Source of the DNA: an uncultured bacterium
GTDB lineage: Bacteria; Planctomycetota; UBA8108; UBA1146
Direction of reading: 5' to 3'
DNA length: 64,000 nt
Assembly: GCA_938075155.1 (NCBI GenBank)
Contig: CALJGL010000001.1
Coordinates: 20,181-84,180 of the forward strand
A program made the translations under genes and the position numbers. Shown here piece after piece: positions 51,916 through 62,600 of the stretch. How positions within the stretch are numbered: position 1 is the first letter of the stretch; each line of letters begins with the position of its first letter. The notes under the pieces were generated by a model that did no database searches, was not told the DNA's origin, and saw only the letters and a program-made list of their open reading frames with translations.

Positions 51916-52787
51916 TCTTCAGCCTCAAGATCCAGCCAGGTCGCCCAGGTCCCTGGGTCGAGTCGACTCTTCACTATCCAAGTTCGAATCCACTCCTTGG
52001 GTGAGATTCCCACTGCTTGTCCATGCTCAAGAACCTTACCTTTTTCAAGGCAATAATGGGCCACGGTATAACTCCATGCCCTGATCTGTTGAGCACTGCT
52101 ACTGGAGCCAATGATTTCCAACTCTCGTTGGCCCAGCTCCGTCATACCGTGAGTGACTAATCCCCGGGTTCCGTCCTTGGATTCCCAAAGCCTAAAGTCG
52201 ATCCAAATTCTCAAGGGAAGATTGACTGGCGTCATCGAAGCACAGGATTCTTCAAAAGCTTTCCACGAATGAAGAGCGGTAGAACCATCCCAATAGATTC
52301 CGAGAGCACCGTAATTGTTTCCCAATAGAAGTGAGATCCTAGTCAACAACAATGCACCCTGAACCGAATACCGAATCACCGAATCATCGAGTGGCGGTGC
52401 ATCTGGAGCATCCGGAAAAACCTCAAGGACACCCTCGCCTTCAATATTCGGAGTTTCTTCTACCACCTCAGTGGGCTCCATTTTTGGAGGCTCTGGAATT
52501 CGTGGATCAGAGATCACCACAATAAAGTAGGAAGAATGTTTATTGATTTCAGACTCTGCATCACTCCAGTACCAAGCTGCTTTCAGCGGTTCCTGAAGGA
52601 TCTCAACCGGAATCGGATGATTCCTTAATGAAGCCTTGATGGAAACTCCCGCAACTTCTGCGATGACCGTCCCACCTTCATCTGCTAGGCGGACAATAGT
52701 GTCCTCCCCCAGCAGATCCCTCATTTGGTCTCCCAGTTCATTTAAATCTACATCAGAATTTTCGCGCAACGGAATGAGTGAAATCAT
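51912..52787 (-). CDS. Hypothetical protein (291 aa)
   Basis: The ORF has 4-nt ATGA-type overlaps with both neighbours (the metallophosphoesterase upstream and wecB downstream), which suggests an operon. I recognise no domain. Confidence 0.5.
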   Translation of the reverse strand: MISLIPLRENSDVDLNELGDQMRDLLGEDTIVRLADEGGTVIAEVAGVSIKASLRNHPIPVEILQEPLKAAWYWSDAESEINKHSSYFIVVISDPRIPEPPKMEPTEVVEETPNIEGEGVLEVFPDAPDAPPLDDSVIRYSVQGALLLTRISLLLGNNYGALGIYWDGSTALHSWKAFEESCASMTPVNLPLRIWIDFRLWESKDGTRGLVTHGMTELGQRELEIIGSSSSAQQIRAWSYTVAHYCLEKGKVLEHGQAVGISPKEWIRTWIVKSRLDPGTWATWLDLEAEE

Positions 52788-54697
52788 TGAGACTTTTCAG
52801 TTTTGCCAAGCATCAGGCGATCAAAAAGGCGACCCTCGATATCGTATGCTGAGATCTCCATTTGATCTCCATTGACATTGACCATCAAGAAGTGGTGCCC
52901 AACTCTCTTATTACAACTAAACCATGTTCTGTTGGGTGCAAAGCCCTCGAGGTGACCGCCCCCTCCACCGGTAGTAATGTAAACAACCCCTTCACCTGGG
53001 CCAACAGTCTTACGGTCTTGGATCGGCCACGTTCTCTCATACACATGAATATGGCCATTGAACACGACATCCACGTCGTACTTTTCATAGAGGGGGACGA
53101 GATGCTCCTGAACTGATAGAACTCCCTGATTCGAGCTCCCCTTCCAGGTATCGCCATAATCATTCTCGTCAGAGGTCCATGCCGGATGATGGTGATATAC
53201 AACCTTCCAGCGAGCCTTACTGTTTCGCAGTTTCTTCTTGAGCCACTTCACCTGTTCTGAGTTTGAATCAATCTTCTTATTCGTATCCAGAACAAAAAAT
53301 TCAACATTCCCCCACATGTAGCCATAGTAAAACTCAGGATCCGGCAAAGTGAAATAGTCATAGTAGAGTTGAGCATTTTGCTCGTGATTACCGAGCGTTG
53401 GAAAGATGGCCATTCGTGAAAGTATTCCAGAAGCTTCGGCGAAGAACTCGTGAACCCATTCACGTTTGTTAGATCCCGTTCCCACCAAATCTCCACAATG
53501 CATCAAAAAGTTAGGCCTATGCCCCCATGCCAATTCAGATACAGCACGAGTCACTTTAGGATTATTCTGCGTGTCCCCCACAACGAGAAAGCCGAAGGCT
53601 GTATCTTTTGAAGCCTGAGTTTGGAAAGTGAGAACACCTGTTTCCAATAGGTTTCCTACTTCACCTTCACCGCCTCTTGCCGTCACCTTATAAAAGTATG
53701 GAGTACCCTCTTTGAGACCCTTGATCTCAATATGGTGAAGTTTTCCAACTTCGTTACTTTCAATTTTTTCTCCAAAATTCGAATCAAGTCCAAATTCAAC
53801 GACGACGTCAACAGGTCGAGAAGCTTCAGTTGACACTGTAATACTATTTTTCGTCGCCCACTGCAGATAAGGAAACACTGAAAACTTCAGGGGCGGAACT
53901 GGAGGAGTACTTCGGGTGCTCTCAGGCCGTCTATCATAAAGTTCCTTGACCTGTTCTGGTGTGAGGGCTGTATGCCAAAGTCCAAAATCTTGCATCGCGC
54001 CCACGTGTGGATAAAACTCATTCGAATCTCGATATGCACCTAATACAAAAGGAGCTTTCTCAGAATAATTCACGGGACCACTCTGCTCTGTAGACATTGC
54101 AACCGAGCGACCATTCACAAAAAGGGACATCCTTTGACCATCATAGGTCGCCGCAAGATGTACCCACTTTCCAAGAGGTAGCTTTTGATCTGCAGAGAGA
54201 TAGGTGAGAACTCCATCGCCATCGTCGGCACCATGAGTGGATAATGCAAAGCATGCTCTCCCCTCTCTGGATCCGAGGAGCCAGCCTTTTTCGACACTCC
54301 CGTTATCCTGAAGAAAACCAAATACCCCGCCCCATTCCTGAATTTCTTGATGAGAAACCCATCCTGCAACGGACATACTCTCCTGAGGTAAGACTGACTG
54401 AAGATTTCGTTTTTCATTTCCCAACAAAATCATTCCGCTTCCGCCCTCAGACAGCAGCACAGATCCCGATTCAGATTTTACAATCCGGAGATCTCCACTC
54501 ACTGATCCTTCCAACTCTCCTCCTACTGAACTAAGAGTATGGTCTCCTATCATGAACGCAGGACGAAACTGCCATTGGACGACAGGAGTCTCCAAGTCAC
54601 TGCAAAACAATTCGTTCATACTCCGAGCCTCGCTCACGCCACTCATCAAGCATGAAAGAATTAGGACGAGACGCCAGAATGTCGGAATGACAGGCAT
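52784..54697 (-). CDS. Secreted calcineurin-like metallophosphoesterase (purple-acid-phosphatase-like) with N-terminal LamG/ConA-like and Fn3-like domains
   Basis: The product has a signal peptide and the metallophosphoesterase motifs GDTQNN...HCGDLV...GNHE...NGHIHVYER. Confidence 0.8.
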   Translation of the reverse strand: MPVIPTFWRLVLILSCLMSGVSEARSMNELFCSDLETPVVQWQFRPAFMIGDHTLSSVGGELEGSVSGDLRIVKSESGSVLLSEGGSGMILLGNEKRNLQSVLPQESMSVAGWVSHQEIQEWGGVFGFLQDNGSVEKGWLLGSREGRACFALSTHGADDGDGVLTYLSADQKLPLGKWVHLAATYDGQRMSLFVNGRSVAMSTEQSGPVNYSEKAPFVLGAYRDSNEFYPHVGAMQDFGLWHTALTPEQVKELYDRRPESTRSTPPVPPLKFSVFPYLQWATKNSITVSTEASRPVDVVVEFGLDSNFGEKIESNEVGKLHHIEIKGLKEGTPYFYKVTARGGEGEVGNLLETGVLTFQTQASKDTAFGFLVVGDTQNNPKVTRAVSELAWGHRPNFLMHCGDLVGTGSNKREWVHEFFAEASGILSRMAIFPTLGNHEQNAQLYYDYFTLPDPEFYYGYMWGNVEFFVLDTNKKIDSNSEQVKWLKKKLRNSKARWKVVYHHHPAWTSDENDYGDTWKGSSNQGVLSVQEHLVPLYEKYDVDVVFNGHIHVYERTWPIQDRKTVGPGEGVVYITTGGGGGHLEGFAPNRTWFSCNKRVGHHFLMVNVNGDQMEISAYDIEGRLFDRLMLGKTEKSQ

Positions 54698-54789
54698 GAA
54701 GGGTTCCTTCCAAAAAAGAAAAACCGAACTTGATTTCAGGAGTTATATTAAAGCCCGTGAACTCATGAAGTACAGAAGGAGTCGACTCA

Positions 54790-55020
54790 ATGAACATACC
54801 CTCCCTACTCGTACTGTTCTTATTCCTAGGAGCCCCTTCTTTCGACACCAAACCGCTTGAGACCTCAGACGACAGCAAGGTGACTTCAAATCAATTCCCC
54901 AATGGAATCGCCTGGTATGGCACTTGGGAAGCGGCCAAGTCTGAAGCGGAACGCACCGGGAAACCCATACTTCTCCTATCTGCTGCCCCCCAGTGCCATG
55001 GAGTCCCCGGAATTTGGTGA
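54790..55020 (+). CDS. Signal peptide plus N-terminal half of a thioredoxin-like domain, ending at an in-frame TGA
   Basis: The translation is MNIPSLLVLFLFLGAPSFD...WEAAKSEAERTGKPILLLSAAPQCHGVPGIW*. It is in the same frame as the next ORF, 15 nt away. Confidence 0.35.
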   Translation: MNIPSLLVLFLFLGAPSFDTKPLETSDDSKVTSNQFPNGIAWYGTWEAAKSEAERTGKPILLLSAAPQCHGVPGIW

Positions 55021-55035
55021 CCAGGAAAACAAGAA

Positions 55036-55800
55036 ATGGATCAGAGTCTCTGGTCCGATATTGAAGTCGTAAAATTGTCACGCAAATTTGTATGTGCAAG
55101 ACTTGCCACTTACGAAGACGCAAAAGAGGGGAAATTTCTTGAAAGCATCTTTCGTGGAAGATCCGGCCAGTTAGAAAATACTGTCTTCGTTCTTATGGCT
55201 CCGGACGGAAAAACAAAATTGAGTTCATCTGGAAGATCGCCCCGAATGGTTTTCGGAGGTTCTGAAGGTTGGGAATCTACGGTTCTCGCACTCGAAATGC
55301 TCGAGGTCTCTGAAAAGTATCCGGGGAAAGAAAAATCGAACGGCCGCCCCAATCTACCCATAAACAAAGACCTGAGGCGTGCCATTAATGTCGCCTCCTG
55401 TGATCGACAACTCTTGGTTATTGCTCATCAACTTCCTAAAGAAACTATAGAAATACTCTCGAAGATTGCTTGGGGAGATCAACATATTGGACAGTTCGCT
55501 TGGGAAATTACGAGCGATGAAAATGAGTTCCCTGGAGCGGGAATGGAAAATCCCAAGCCCGGTATTTTCATTGGGAACCCCGACGAATTTGGGTTGAAGT
55601 TGAATTGGTTAAAAACGCTCTCTCCTAATGCAAAGGAGGAAGCAATTCTCACTGCTCTCGCCGAAGTCTTAAAAACGAAACGAGCGTCAGAAAAATCAAC
55701 GAGGCAGCACGTATCCCGGGGAAAAAGACTCTCGAAAAGTTGGGAATCCGAGATCCCCAATACCGATCCACAGATCCCACCCCCGAATAGAAGAAATTAA
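55036..55800 (+). CDS. C-terminal remainder of the thioredoxin-like domain protein (possibly one gene with 54790-55020)
   Basis: The translation starts MDQSLWSDIEVVKLSRKFVCARLATYEDAKEG...ENTVFVLMAPDGKTKL, which resembles the second half of a Thioredoxin_7-type fold. AGGAAA lies 9 nt upstream of the ATG. Confidence 0.5.
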   Translation: MDQSLWSDIEVVKLSRKFVCARLATYEDAKEGKFLESIFRGRSGQLENTVFVLMAPDGKTKLSSSGRSPRMVFGGSEGWESTVLALEMLEVSEKYPGKEKSNGRPNLPINKDLRRAINVASCDRQLLVIAHQLPKETIEILSKIAWGDQHIGQFAWEITSDENEFPGAGMENPKPGIFIGNPDEFGLKLNWLKTLSPNAKEEAILTALAEVLKTKRASEKSTRQHVSRGKRLSKSWESEIPNTDPQIPPPNRRN

Positions 55801-55838
55801 TCTATCTTCAACGCGTAAAAGGTGAAGTACAGAATGAC

Positions 55839-56366
55839 TTAATATGCGAAGTCATCGTCAAAAGGCGCCCTGTTTTCCAGAGCAGACTGCGTCCTCCACC
55901 GACAAATCTGTTCGACATGAGCAAGGTCATGAGAACACCATGCCAACAGTAGATCTCCAGCCCGAATGGGACCGCCGGAGATATCCTTTCCTTGATGCCA
56001 ATCGGGATCCTCAATTGAAACCAACCAAGCCAGCGATCTCTGTCTCTCATCTTGGAATATCCTGAGCAGTTCTCCGAGAGTTCTCTCGGAATACTTTCGC
56101 TCCCCTACCCATTTCTCAGGGTCCATCGAAGGCCACTCTTCAGCAGGGTCACGAAGTAACAGATCTAATCTAATCCGAAATATTTCTCGATCGGCGTCGA
56201 TAAGATGTCCCAAGATTTCCCGCAATGACCAACTCGATTCAGAGGAACTCCAAGCAGACTGCCGCTCTGTCACCTCTTCACTCAGAGATAATATCGCACC
56301 GAGAGAAGCGGATAGACGTTTTATCGTTTCATTTCTGAAATCCACTTCTTCAAAGGAATCCGTCAT
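55839..56366 (-). CDS. DinB/YfiT-like (DinB_2) metal-dependent hydrolase family protein
   Basis: The product has ...WSLREILGHLIDADREIF... and HxxxD and H motifs typical of the DinB_2 family. Confidence 0.65.
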   Translation of the reverse strand: MTDSFEEVDFRNETIKRLSASLGAILSLSEEVTERQSAWSSSESSWSLREILGHLIDADREIFRIRLDLLLRDPAEEWPSMDPEKWVGERKYSERTLGELLRIFQDERQRSLAWLVSIEDPDWHQGKDISGGPIRAGDLLLAWCSHDLAHVEQICRWRTQSALENRAPFDDDFAY

Positions 56367-56923
56367 GGTCGCTTCTCCATTGAATCAGTTTTCCGTTTCA
56401 GCAACTCAAGCCCCTTCACGGCTGAATCAGCCGTGAGGACCAAATCACGATGCCCTTCAGATAACATTTTTTCAGACATCATATGATCAAACATCTTCAA
56501 TAAGGGATCCCAATATCCTTCGATATTCGCGAGGACTAATGGTTTTTCAATCAGTGATAACTGATTCAAAACCAAAAACTCGATCACTTCTTCCAAAGTT
56601 CCAAAGCCACCAGGAAGAGCGATTGCACAGTCACTCTTCTCCCACATCAATTTCCTTCGTTGCTGCATGTCTTCAGTCAATATAATCTCGTCTGATTCCA
56701 AAAATGTGAGTTCCTGATCGTGAAAAAACTTCGGGATGACTGAAGTGATCTTCACTCCGGATCGATGCGCTGCACTTGCAAGCTTCCCCATGGAACCGAT
56801 GTTACCGCCGCCATATATCAGTTCATGACCACCCACAGCAAGCCGAGTACCTAAATCTTCTGCGTCCTGGAAATATTCGGGACGAATCATCTCACTGGCA
56901 GAGCAATAGACTGCGACTTTCAT
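56363..56923 (-). CDS. LOG-family cytokinin riboside 5'-monophosphate phosphoribohydrolase-like protein
   Basis: The product has MKVAVYCSAS...IYGGGNIGSMG...LPGGFGTLEE, the TIGR00730/LOG signature (PGGxGTxxE). Confidence 0.85.
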   Translation of the reverse strand: MKVAVYCSASEMIRPEYFQDAEDLGTRLAVGGHELIYGGGNIGSMGKLASAAHRSGVKITSVIPKFFHDQELTFLESDEIILTEDMQQRRKLMWEKSDCAIALPGGFGTLEEVIEFLVLNQLSLIEKPLVLANIEGYWDPLLKMFDHMMSEKMLSEGHRDLVLTADSAVKGLELLKRKTDSMEKRP

Positions 56924-57019
56924 CGTCTCCCCTTATCTATCATTTCTGAAGGTACTACGCACGGAATCAACACCGACAAGATCGACGATACTGCGACCAA
57001 TCGTTGAGCTAGATTAAAC

Positions 57020-58993
57020 TCATTCACTGCCCGGTCCAAAGTAGACTTCTCCTCCGACAACCGGCAATACCAACGAAGTTCGATCCAAATCAATGCTCAA
57101 TACGGTTCCTTCTTCCGGCCAAAGCGTGAACTCCCGGTCACTGGAAAAAATCATCAAACCCAACTGTTGTCCTGCTGGAATAATTTGATCATCGGGCTGC
57201 AGATCAAAATTCAGTTCATAAAACTGATCTTCAACCAAAGGTTCGCTCTCCGTTAATGAGGAATGATTTTGTGGGTCAGCCCAACCCCTCGTAATGATGT
57301 TTTCCGTCATCTTTCTGGCAGATTTCGCCCAGGGCAATGAAACCAACCAAACCGACAAATTTGCGGCAGGCCGACTACTCGCGACTCTAATTTGTACTCG
57401 AGGAATCCCCGAGATATGCATAGGCTTTTCTAAAGTAGGCGTCGTAAACAGTAATCGATTTGGCGAATCATCATTCGTTGCCAGTTCTTTGCCTGTGAAC
57501 TTCACATCATCGACCAAGGATCGAATGCCCTGTTCTCCACGATGCGATAAGACCAGAGTCCCTACCCCATCCTGCTCAGGCCGGGGATGAAGCACGACCG
57601 ACCTTGATTCCGGATTGGGGAAGTCGGGGTATGCCGTTGGTTTTCTACGATCATCACCCTCCCGAACGATCCACGCCTTTGGCCCCTCACCCACACCATT
57701 CTCGACCCCATACAGATAATGTGAGAACCAACGATTCATCATTTCAAATGGAGGAGGGCCCCCATGCCCATTCTGATGATAAAAGATCTCGGTATGATTT
57801 CCTTTTGCCCTGATCGCATCATAAATTCTCCAACTGTGTTCTGGCATCACGTTCCAGTCATTAAAACCGTGAGCCATTAACATGGCGGCCTTCATTGGCC
57901 CCAGTTGGTTCAAGTAATCCCGCCCTGCCCAGAAGTCGTTGTAATCTCCTGTCACACGATCAAACCCCTGTAACATTTCTTCATCTCTAATATTACAGTC
58001 GCAGTATTCTCGATTATCAGGATCACCACTATTAATCCAATCGTAGAGAACGTCGATATCCTCACCTATGTACCCACCCGGATGCCTCACCAAGCCATGT
58101 GATCGGTAGTAGTGATAGTAGGAAGTGTTCGGTGCAATCGGAATAATAACTTCCAACCCTTCTACACCTGTCGTAGCTGCGGCTAGTGGAATCGTTCCAT
58201 CGTAAGAAGTTCCGGTCATTCCCACCTTCCCATTACACCAATCTGCAAAAACTTGATCGTTACCATCCGGAGTCAAGAAACCTCTCGCACGACCATTCAG
58301 CCAATCAATCACTGCTTTTGGAGCTAAAGACTCGTTCATACCGCCCACTGTGGGACAACCCTGAGACAATCCAGTACCCGGCGATGCGGAGTGAACAACT
58401 GCAAATCCCCGCGGCACCCAACTTCGAATTAATCTCCGCGACATCACCGGACGTTTACTTTGTTGACGAATAGGAGGAGGAGTTTCATGCATGGGCGGCA
58501 CAGCCCCAACTTCATGACTAGGGTTCCATGAATATTTCTTGAGCGAAGATCCCGTACCTGAAAAATATGGGCTCGACTCATAGATTACTGGAACCCGAAG
58601 ACCTTCAGATTCAGTCTGTTCTTGGCGAGTCACATCCACATGCATTCGATCTAGTTTTCCATCACCATCCGAATCAAAAGACGTTTCAACCCACAGATCA
58701 TGTTGTATCCAACTACCGGGAGACAAAAAGGCATCTACAATCTGAGCCTGCCCATCTTCAAAGATAGCTTTTTTCTTAATCTCACGAGATTCCGCTAGCG
58801 ATATTTCTGGCGAGGTATCTCCTGCATGTCGACTCTCTGTCTTCCCCAGAAAAAGCATGACGCATACCAGCAATAGAACTGGCAACCCTCCAAGGCCTCG
58901 AATCAGATCTGAGCCCATTTCCTCTGCTCCTTTATCAATAGAACGACAATATCCCTGCGATACCACTCTTGACACGTCGTCGTTGAATCCCAA
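57020..58993 (-). CDS. S15-family Xaa-Pro dipeptidyl-peptidase / CocE-NonD hydrolase
   Basis: The product has a signal/TM N-terminus and ...VGMTGTSYDGTIPLAAATTGVEGLEVIIPIAPNTSYYHYYRSHG..., the PepX/S15 signature including the GxSYxG nucleophile. Confidence 0.8.
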   Translation of the reverse strand: MGFNDDVSRVVSQGYCRSIDKGAEEMGSDLIRGLGGLPVLLLVCVMLFLGKTESRHAGDTSPEISLAESREIKKKAIFEDGQAQIVDAFLSPGSWIQHDLWVETSFDSDGDGKLDRMHVDVTRQEQTESEGLRVPVIYESSPYFSGTGSSLKKYSWNPSHEVGAVPPMHETPPPIRQQSKRPVMSRRLIRSWVPRGFAVVHSASPGTGLSQGCPTVGGMNESLAPKAVIDWLNGRARGFLTPDGNDQVFADWCNGKVGMTGTSYDGTIPLAAATTGVEGLEVIIPIAPNTSYYHYYRSHGLVRHPGGYIGEDIDVLYDWINSGDPDNREYCDCNIRDEEMLQGFDRVTGDYNDFWAGRDYLNQLGPMKAAMLMAHGFNDWNVMPEHSWRIYDAIRAKGNHTEIFYHQNGHGGPPPFEMMNRWFSHYLYGVENGVGEGPKAWIVREGDDRRKPTAYPDFPNPESRSVVLHPRPEQDGVGTLVLSHRGEQGIRSLVDDVKFTGKELATNDDSPNRLLFTTPTLEKPMHISGIPRVQIRVASSRPAANLSVWLVSLPWAKSARKMTENIITRGWADPQNHSSLTESEPLVEDQFYELNFDLQPDDQIIPAGQQLGLMIFSSDREFTLWPEEGTVLSIDLDRTSLVLPVVGGEVYFGPGSE

Positions 58994-59217
58994 AAAAACA
59001 ATCTCGCTATACGAAGTCGGTGATACGTCACGAGGGGCTTTGTGGTGAATTCAATCCAAAGATCGAGATTCCCCCCATGTCACCCCCGGAAGATAAGGGG
59101 TAGCCAACGCAAACTGAACCCTTTTAAAGCCGTCTCAATGAAGTAAAACAAAATCATGCTTCATTACGCTGAATTCAACTTCGGCATTTCAATAGGCTGA
59201 GAAAGGCGGATCCCACG

Positions 59218-59577
59218 ATGAGCGTGGTTAATATCCAAGAAAAATTTGACCTCTTCACAGACCAATGGTCGCCAAAAAGAATTGGCGTCCTAAACGGTCA
59301 ACAAATCATTCTCGCAAAGATTCAGGGAGAATTCGTGTTCCACAAACACGATGATGAAGATGAGCTCTTTATGGTGATGAAGGGCCAACTCACACTTGAA
59401 TTCCGAGATGGCTCAGTCGTCGTAAATCCAGGCGAGTTTTATACAGTGCCTAAAGGAGTGGAACACAAACCTGTGGCACACGAAGAAACTCACCTTCTGC
59501 TTTTTGAACCCCTCAGCACTAAACACACTGGAGATGTAAAAGCAGATATCACTGTAGATAGTTACGAAGAGATCTAG
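59218..59577 (+). CDS. Cupin-domain protein
   Basis: The product has ...FHKHDDEDELFMVMKGQLTLEF...VVNPGEFYTVPKGVEH..., two His-containing cupin motifs. Confidence 0.7.
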   Translation: MSVVNIQEKFDLFTDQWSPKRIGVLNGQQIILAKIQGEFVFHKHDDEDELFMVMKGQLTLEFRDGSVVVNPGEFYTVPKGVEHKPVAHEETHLLLFEPLSTKHTGDVKADITVDSYEEI

Positions 59578-59606
59578 ACTTTCAGCTATTGCTCACTCAC
59601 TGTTCC

Positions 59607-59647
59607 AAAAAAAAAGGGAGTGACGCCAACGCGCCACTCCCTTTTTT
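59607..59647. terminator. Bidirectional rho-independent terminator
   Basis: An A9 run precedes GGGAGTGACGC-caac-GCGCCACTCCC and a T6 run follows it. The hairpin lies between the convergent cupin and M4-peptidase genes. Confidence 0.65.
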
Positions 59648-59663
59648 CGCCAAATGCGAACTA

Positions 59664-62600
59664 TTAGGGGCAAGAGTTATACTCTGCACACTCCAGATTA
59701 GTACCACTGGGATCAGAACCACAGACTCCATTGGAAGGAACTGGGATATCGGGCCCATTGGTAAACAGATAGCTCAACAAGTAAACGGCATCCGCAATGT
59801 TACTCAGCTCATCGTCATTGGTATCGGTTGCGTCATCACAGGACACGACCCCACCTAAGAAAAGTGCGTTGAGTAGCGAGACGGCATCTGCCAAGTTTAT
59901 CAAAGCATCGTCATTGATGTCCGCACGAATAAACCCACCTACACTCGGATTCAATGTGATGGTTCCATTCACTCCTGATACACCAGCAGACTGTGAACTC
60001 ACAACTACAACGAGTTCAACAGGCGGAACACCAAGAGTATCGGAGAATTCGACCTGAGTACTCAATGGTGCGGTATTACCTGCTAAACCAGCAGGAACTG
60101 TATCGTATTCGACAGACAACAGGTCTGTTGCAGTAGCAAACGAAATCACGTCCGCACCTACGAATGTATAAACACAGCCCACTGTGAGGCCATCCGCAAA
60201 ACTATTCACATCAAAGAAGTCAGGTCCCGTGTTTCCATTCAAGGCCGTCAGTACCGGAGCGGCGATCGCACCTGTCGCGGACAAGATTGCAGGATCATGG
60301 ACAATACCTAATGAAAATGCTTGAGTCTCATTGGGATAACCTAGGTTCCCTGGATCTTCCTCAACCGAAACGGAAACTTCAAAGGAGCTGCTACCCGTCG
60401 CTTCTGGGTAATCCACTGCTTGGTCAGCAGCCGTCATGATAAAGCCTGAAGGATCAAGACTGATGGTTCCTGAGTTTCCACCGGCAATAACAGCCGTACC
60501 TGACGAAGTCGACACAATCAACTCTACTGGAGGAGAGCCCAAAGATTCGGAAAAGCTAAGCGTAGAGGAAACGGTGCCCGTGGCACTCGCCAGTGATCCT
60601 GGAAGTGAGGTGTAACTCACAGAAATGATTTCTGTATCCGACACCATTTGCAATGTTTCGACGAGAGTGAAGTCGTACACCGATCCGACCGTGAGTCCGT
60701 CGGAGTAGATGGTGGTATCAAAGAAAGCAGGACCCGCTCCACCGTCCATGGCAGCAAGATCTCCGAGAGCCTGTGCAGAAACTGCTTCAAACAATGCCCC
60801 ATCATGAGCTAATCCGAAGGAGAACCCGGCTGTGTCTGTTGGGAATCCCGGATTGTTCACTTCTTCCTGGAGAGAGACAACACTTTCAAAGCTTGCTCCA
60901 CCGGCACTGTAGGAACCGTTGACATTCCCGGCCGTGAACATGAATCCAATCTGCTGAATCACGTCAATACTGCAAGTACTCGTGGGTGCCGCTTGGGATC
61001 CTGCACAAAATGGCTGAAGGGTGTAAACACGACTGCCGACTTGAGCGGAGGAATCCGTGTAACTCGTCGCTGTTCCCGGCAGGGTATCTACCAGTCCGCC
61101 ATCCCGAAGCACTCCAATAGAGTCATAGTCTTCTCCATTGTTCCATGAAAGAAGAATTGAGTTCCCACTGACCTGACTACAAGAAAAAGCATTCGCCGAT
61201 ACACAGATACAATCCGGATCAGAAATACAATCGGGATCTTCGCAATCGGTCAGCCCATCCAAATCATCATCTGTTCCGTTGTTGCAGTTCTCAGGAGGAG
61301 GCGGAGGAGCCTGGGTGCTGATTTCGAGAGTACCGGATCCAATCGCCGTATTATTCCACCCGCCCAAGCGGATCAATACTGTGGATCCAGCACTGAGATT
61401 GGTGGTCACGGAACTGGTCAAGCCACCGCATCCTGCACCATCACCATTACAGGCGATGGGAGTGAGAGCTCCACAAGTTCCAGAATAAACCAAGATATCG
61501 GAATCAAAGGTGACCGTATCACACGTTGAGATGACGTACTCTCCGGAGGAAGGCACAGTGAACTCGAACCAAACATCGTTGATAAAATCACCGAGGAATG
61601 TTCCTCCACAGGTCGAGTCATCTATCGCGTCCGCTCCGGTCGTCGCGGCTGTGTTATCCACTGCATTCGATCCCAGAATAGCGACTTGAGCAGTAGAACA
61701 TTCGTCACCCGGAATAGCAGGGACACATGCTGGGTCGCTAGAACAATCGAGGTCCTCGCAATCAGCAAGACCGTCTCCATCGTCATCGACACCATTGCTG
61801 CAATTCTCCACAGGTCCACCGGATGTCAAATCAAGGATCAGTGCGCCTGGCCCCGGTAATCCATTTCCGGGATGAGGTGTTCCCCATGCCCCGATACGGA
61901 ACCAATATGTTTCGCCGGCAGTCACATCCAGAGTCAACTCTGACCAATATTGCTGACATGTTGGAGAAGTGTTTTGATTCACGTCTCCATTACAACCCAG
62001 ATTAATCAAAGAACCACAGGACCCTGTGTAGGCCACAAGATCCGTGTCAAAACTTCCGGGCGAACAAGTCGAGACAAACAGGGAACCCGATTGATCAGGA
62101 ACATAGGAGTACCAGATATCACCCAGCATATCTCCGAGTCCTTGACCACAGGTCGCGGCATCCGGAATAGGATCTGTTCCTGTTGTTGCAGCAGTGCTAT
62201 CAAAAGGATTGGTCCCCAAGATCGCCACTTCAGCCGAGACACATTCATCTCCAGTCGCGGGTGGAACACAAGCGGGGTTGGTGCTGCAATCAATGTCTTC
62301 ACAGTCCGCTAACCCGTCCCCGTCATCGTCCACACCATTGGTGCAATTTTCGACACCGCCACCGCCACTAGGAACAAACAACACTTCCATGTCACCAGAA
62401 CCGGTGACTCCCTCACTCCATGAAGAGACTCGAATCAGATAAGTGGTTCCACCCGTGACAGGAATATTCTCAATACGTGAGGTGAAAGTAGAACAGCCTC
62501 CTGTGTCACCGTTACAAGCAAGTAGATTGAGTGCTCCACAATTACCAGTGAACACTTGAAGGTCAGTGTCCCAGCTCGCAATACCACAAGTACTCACCGA

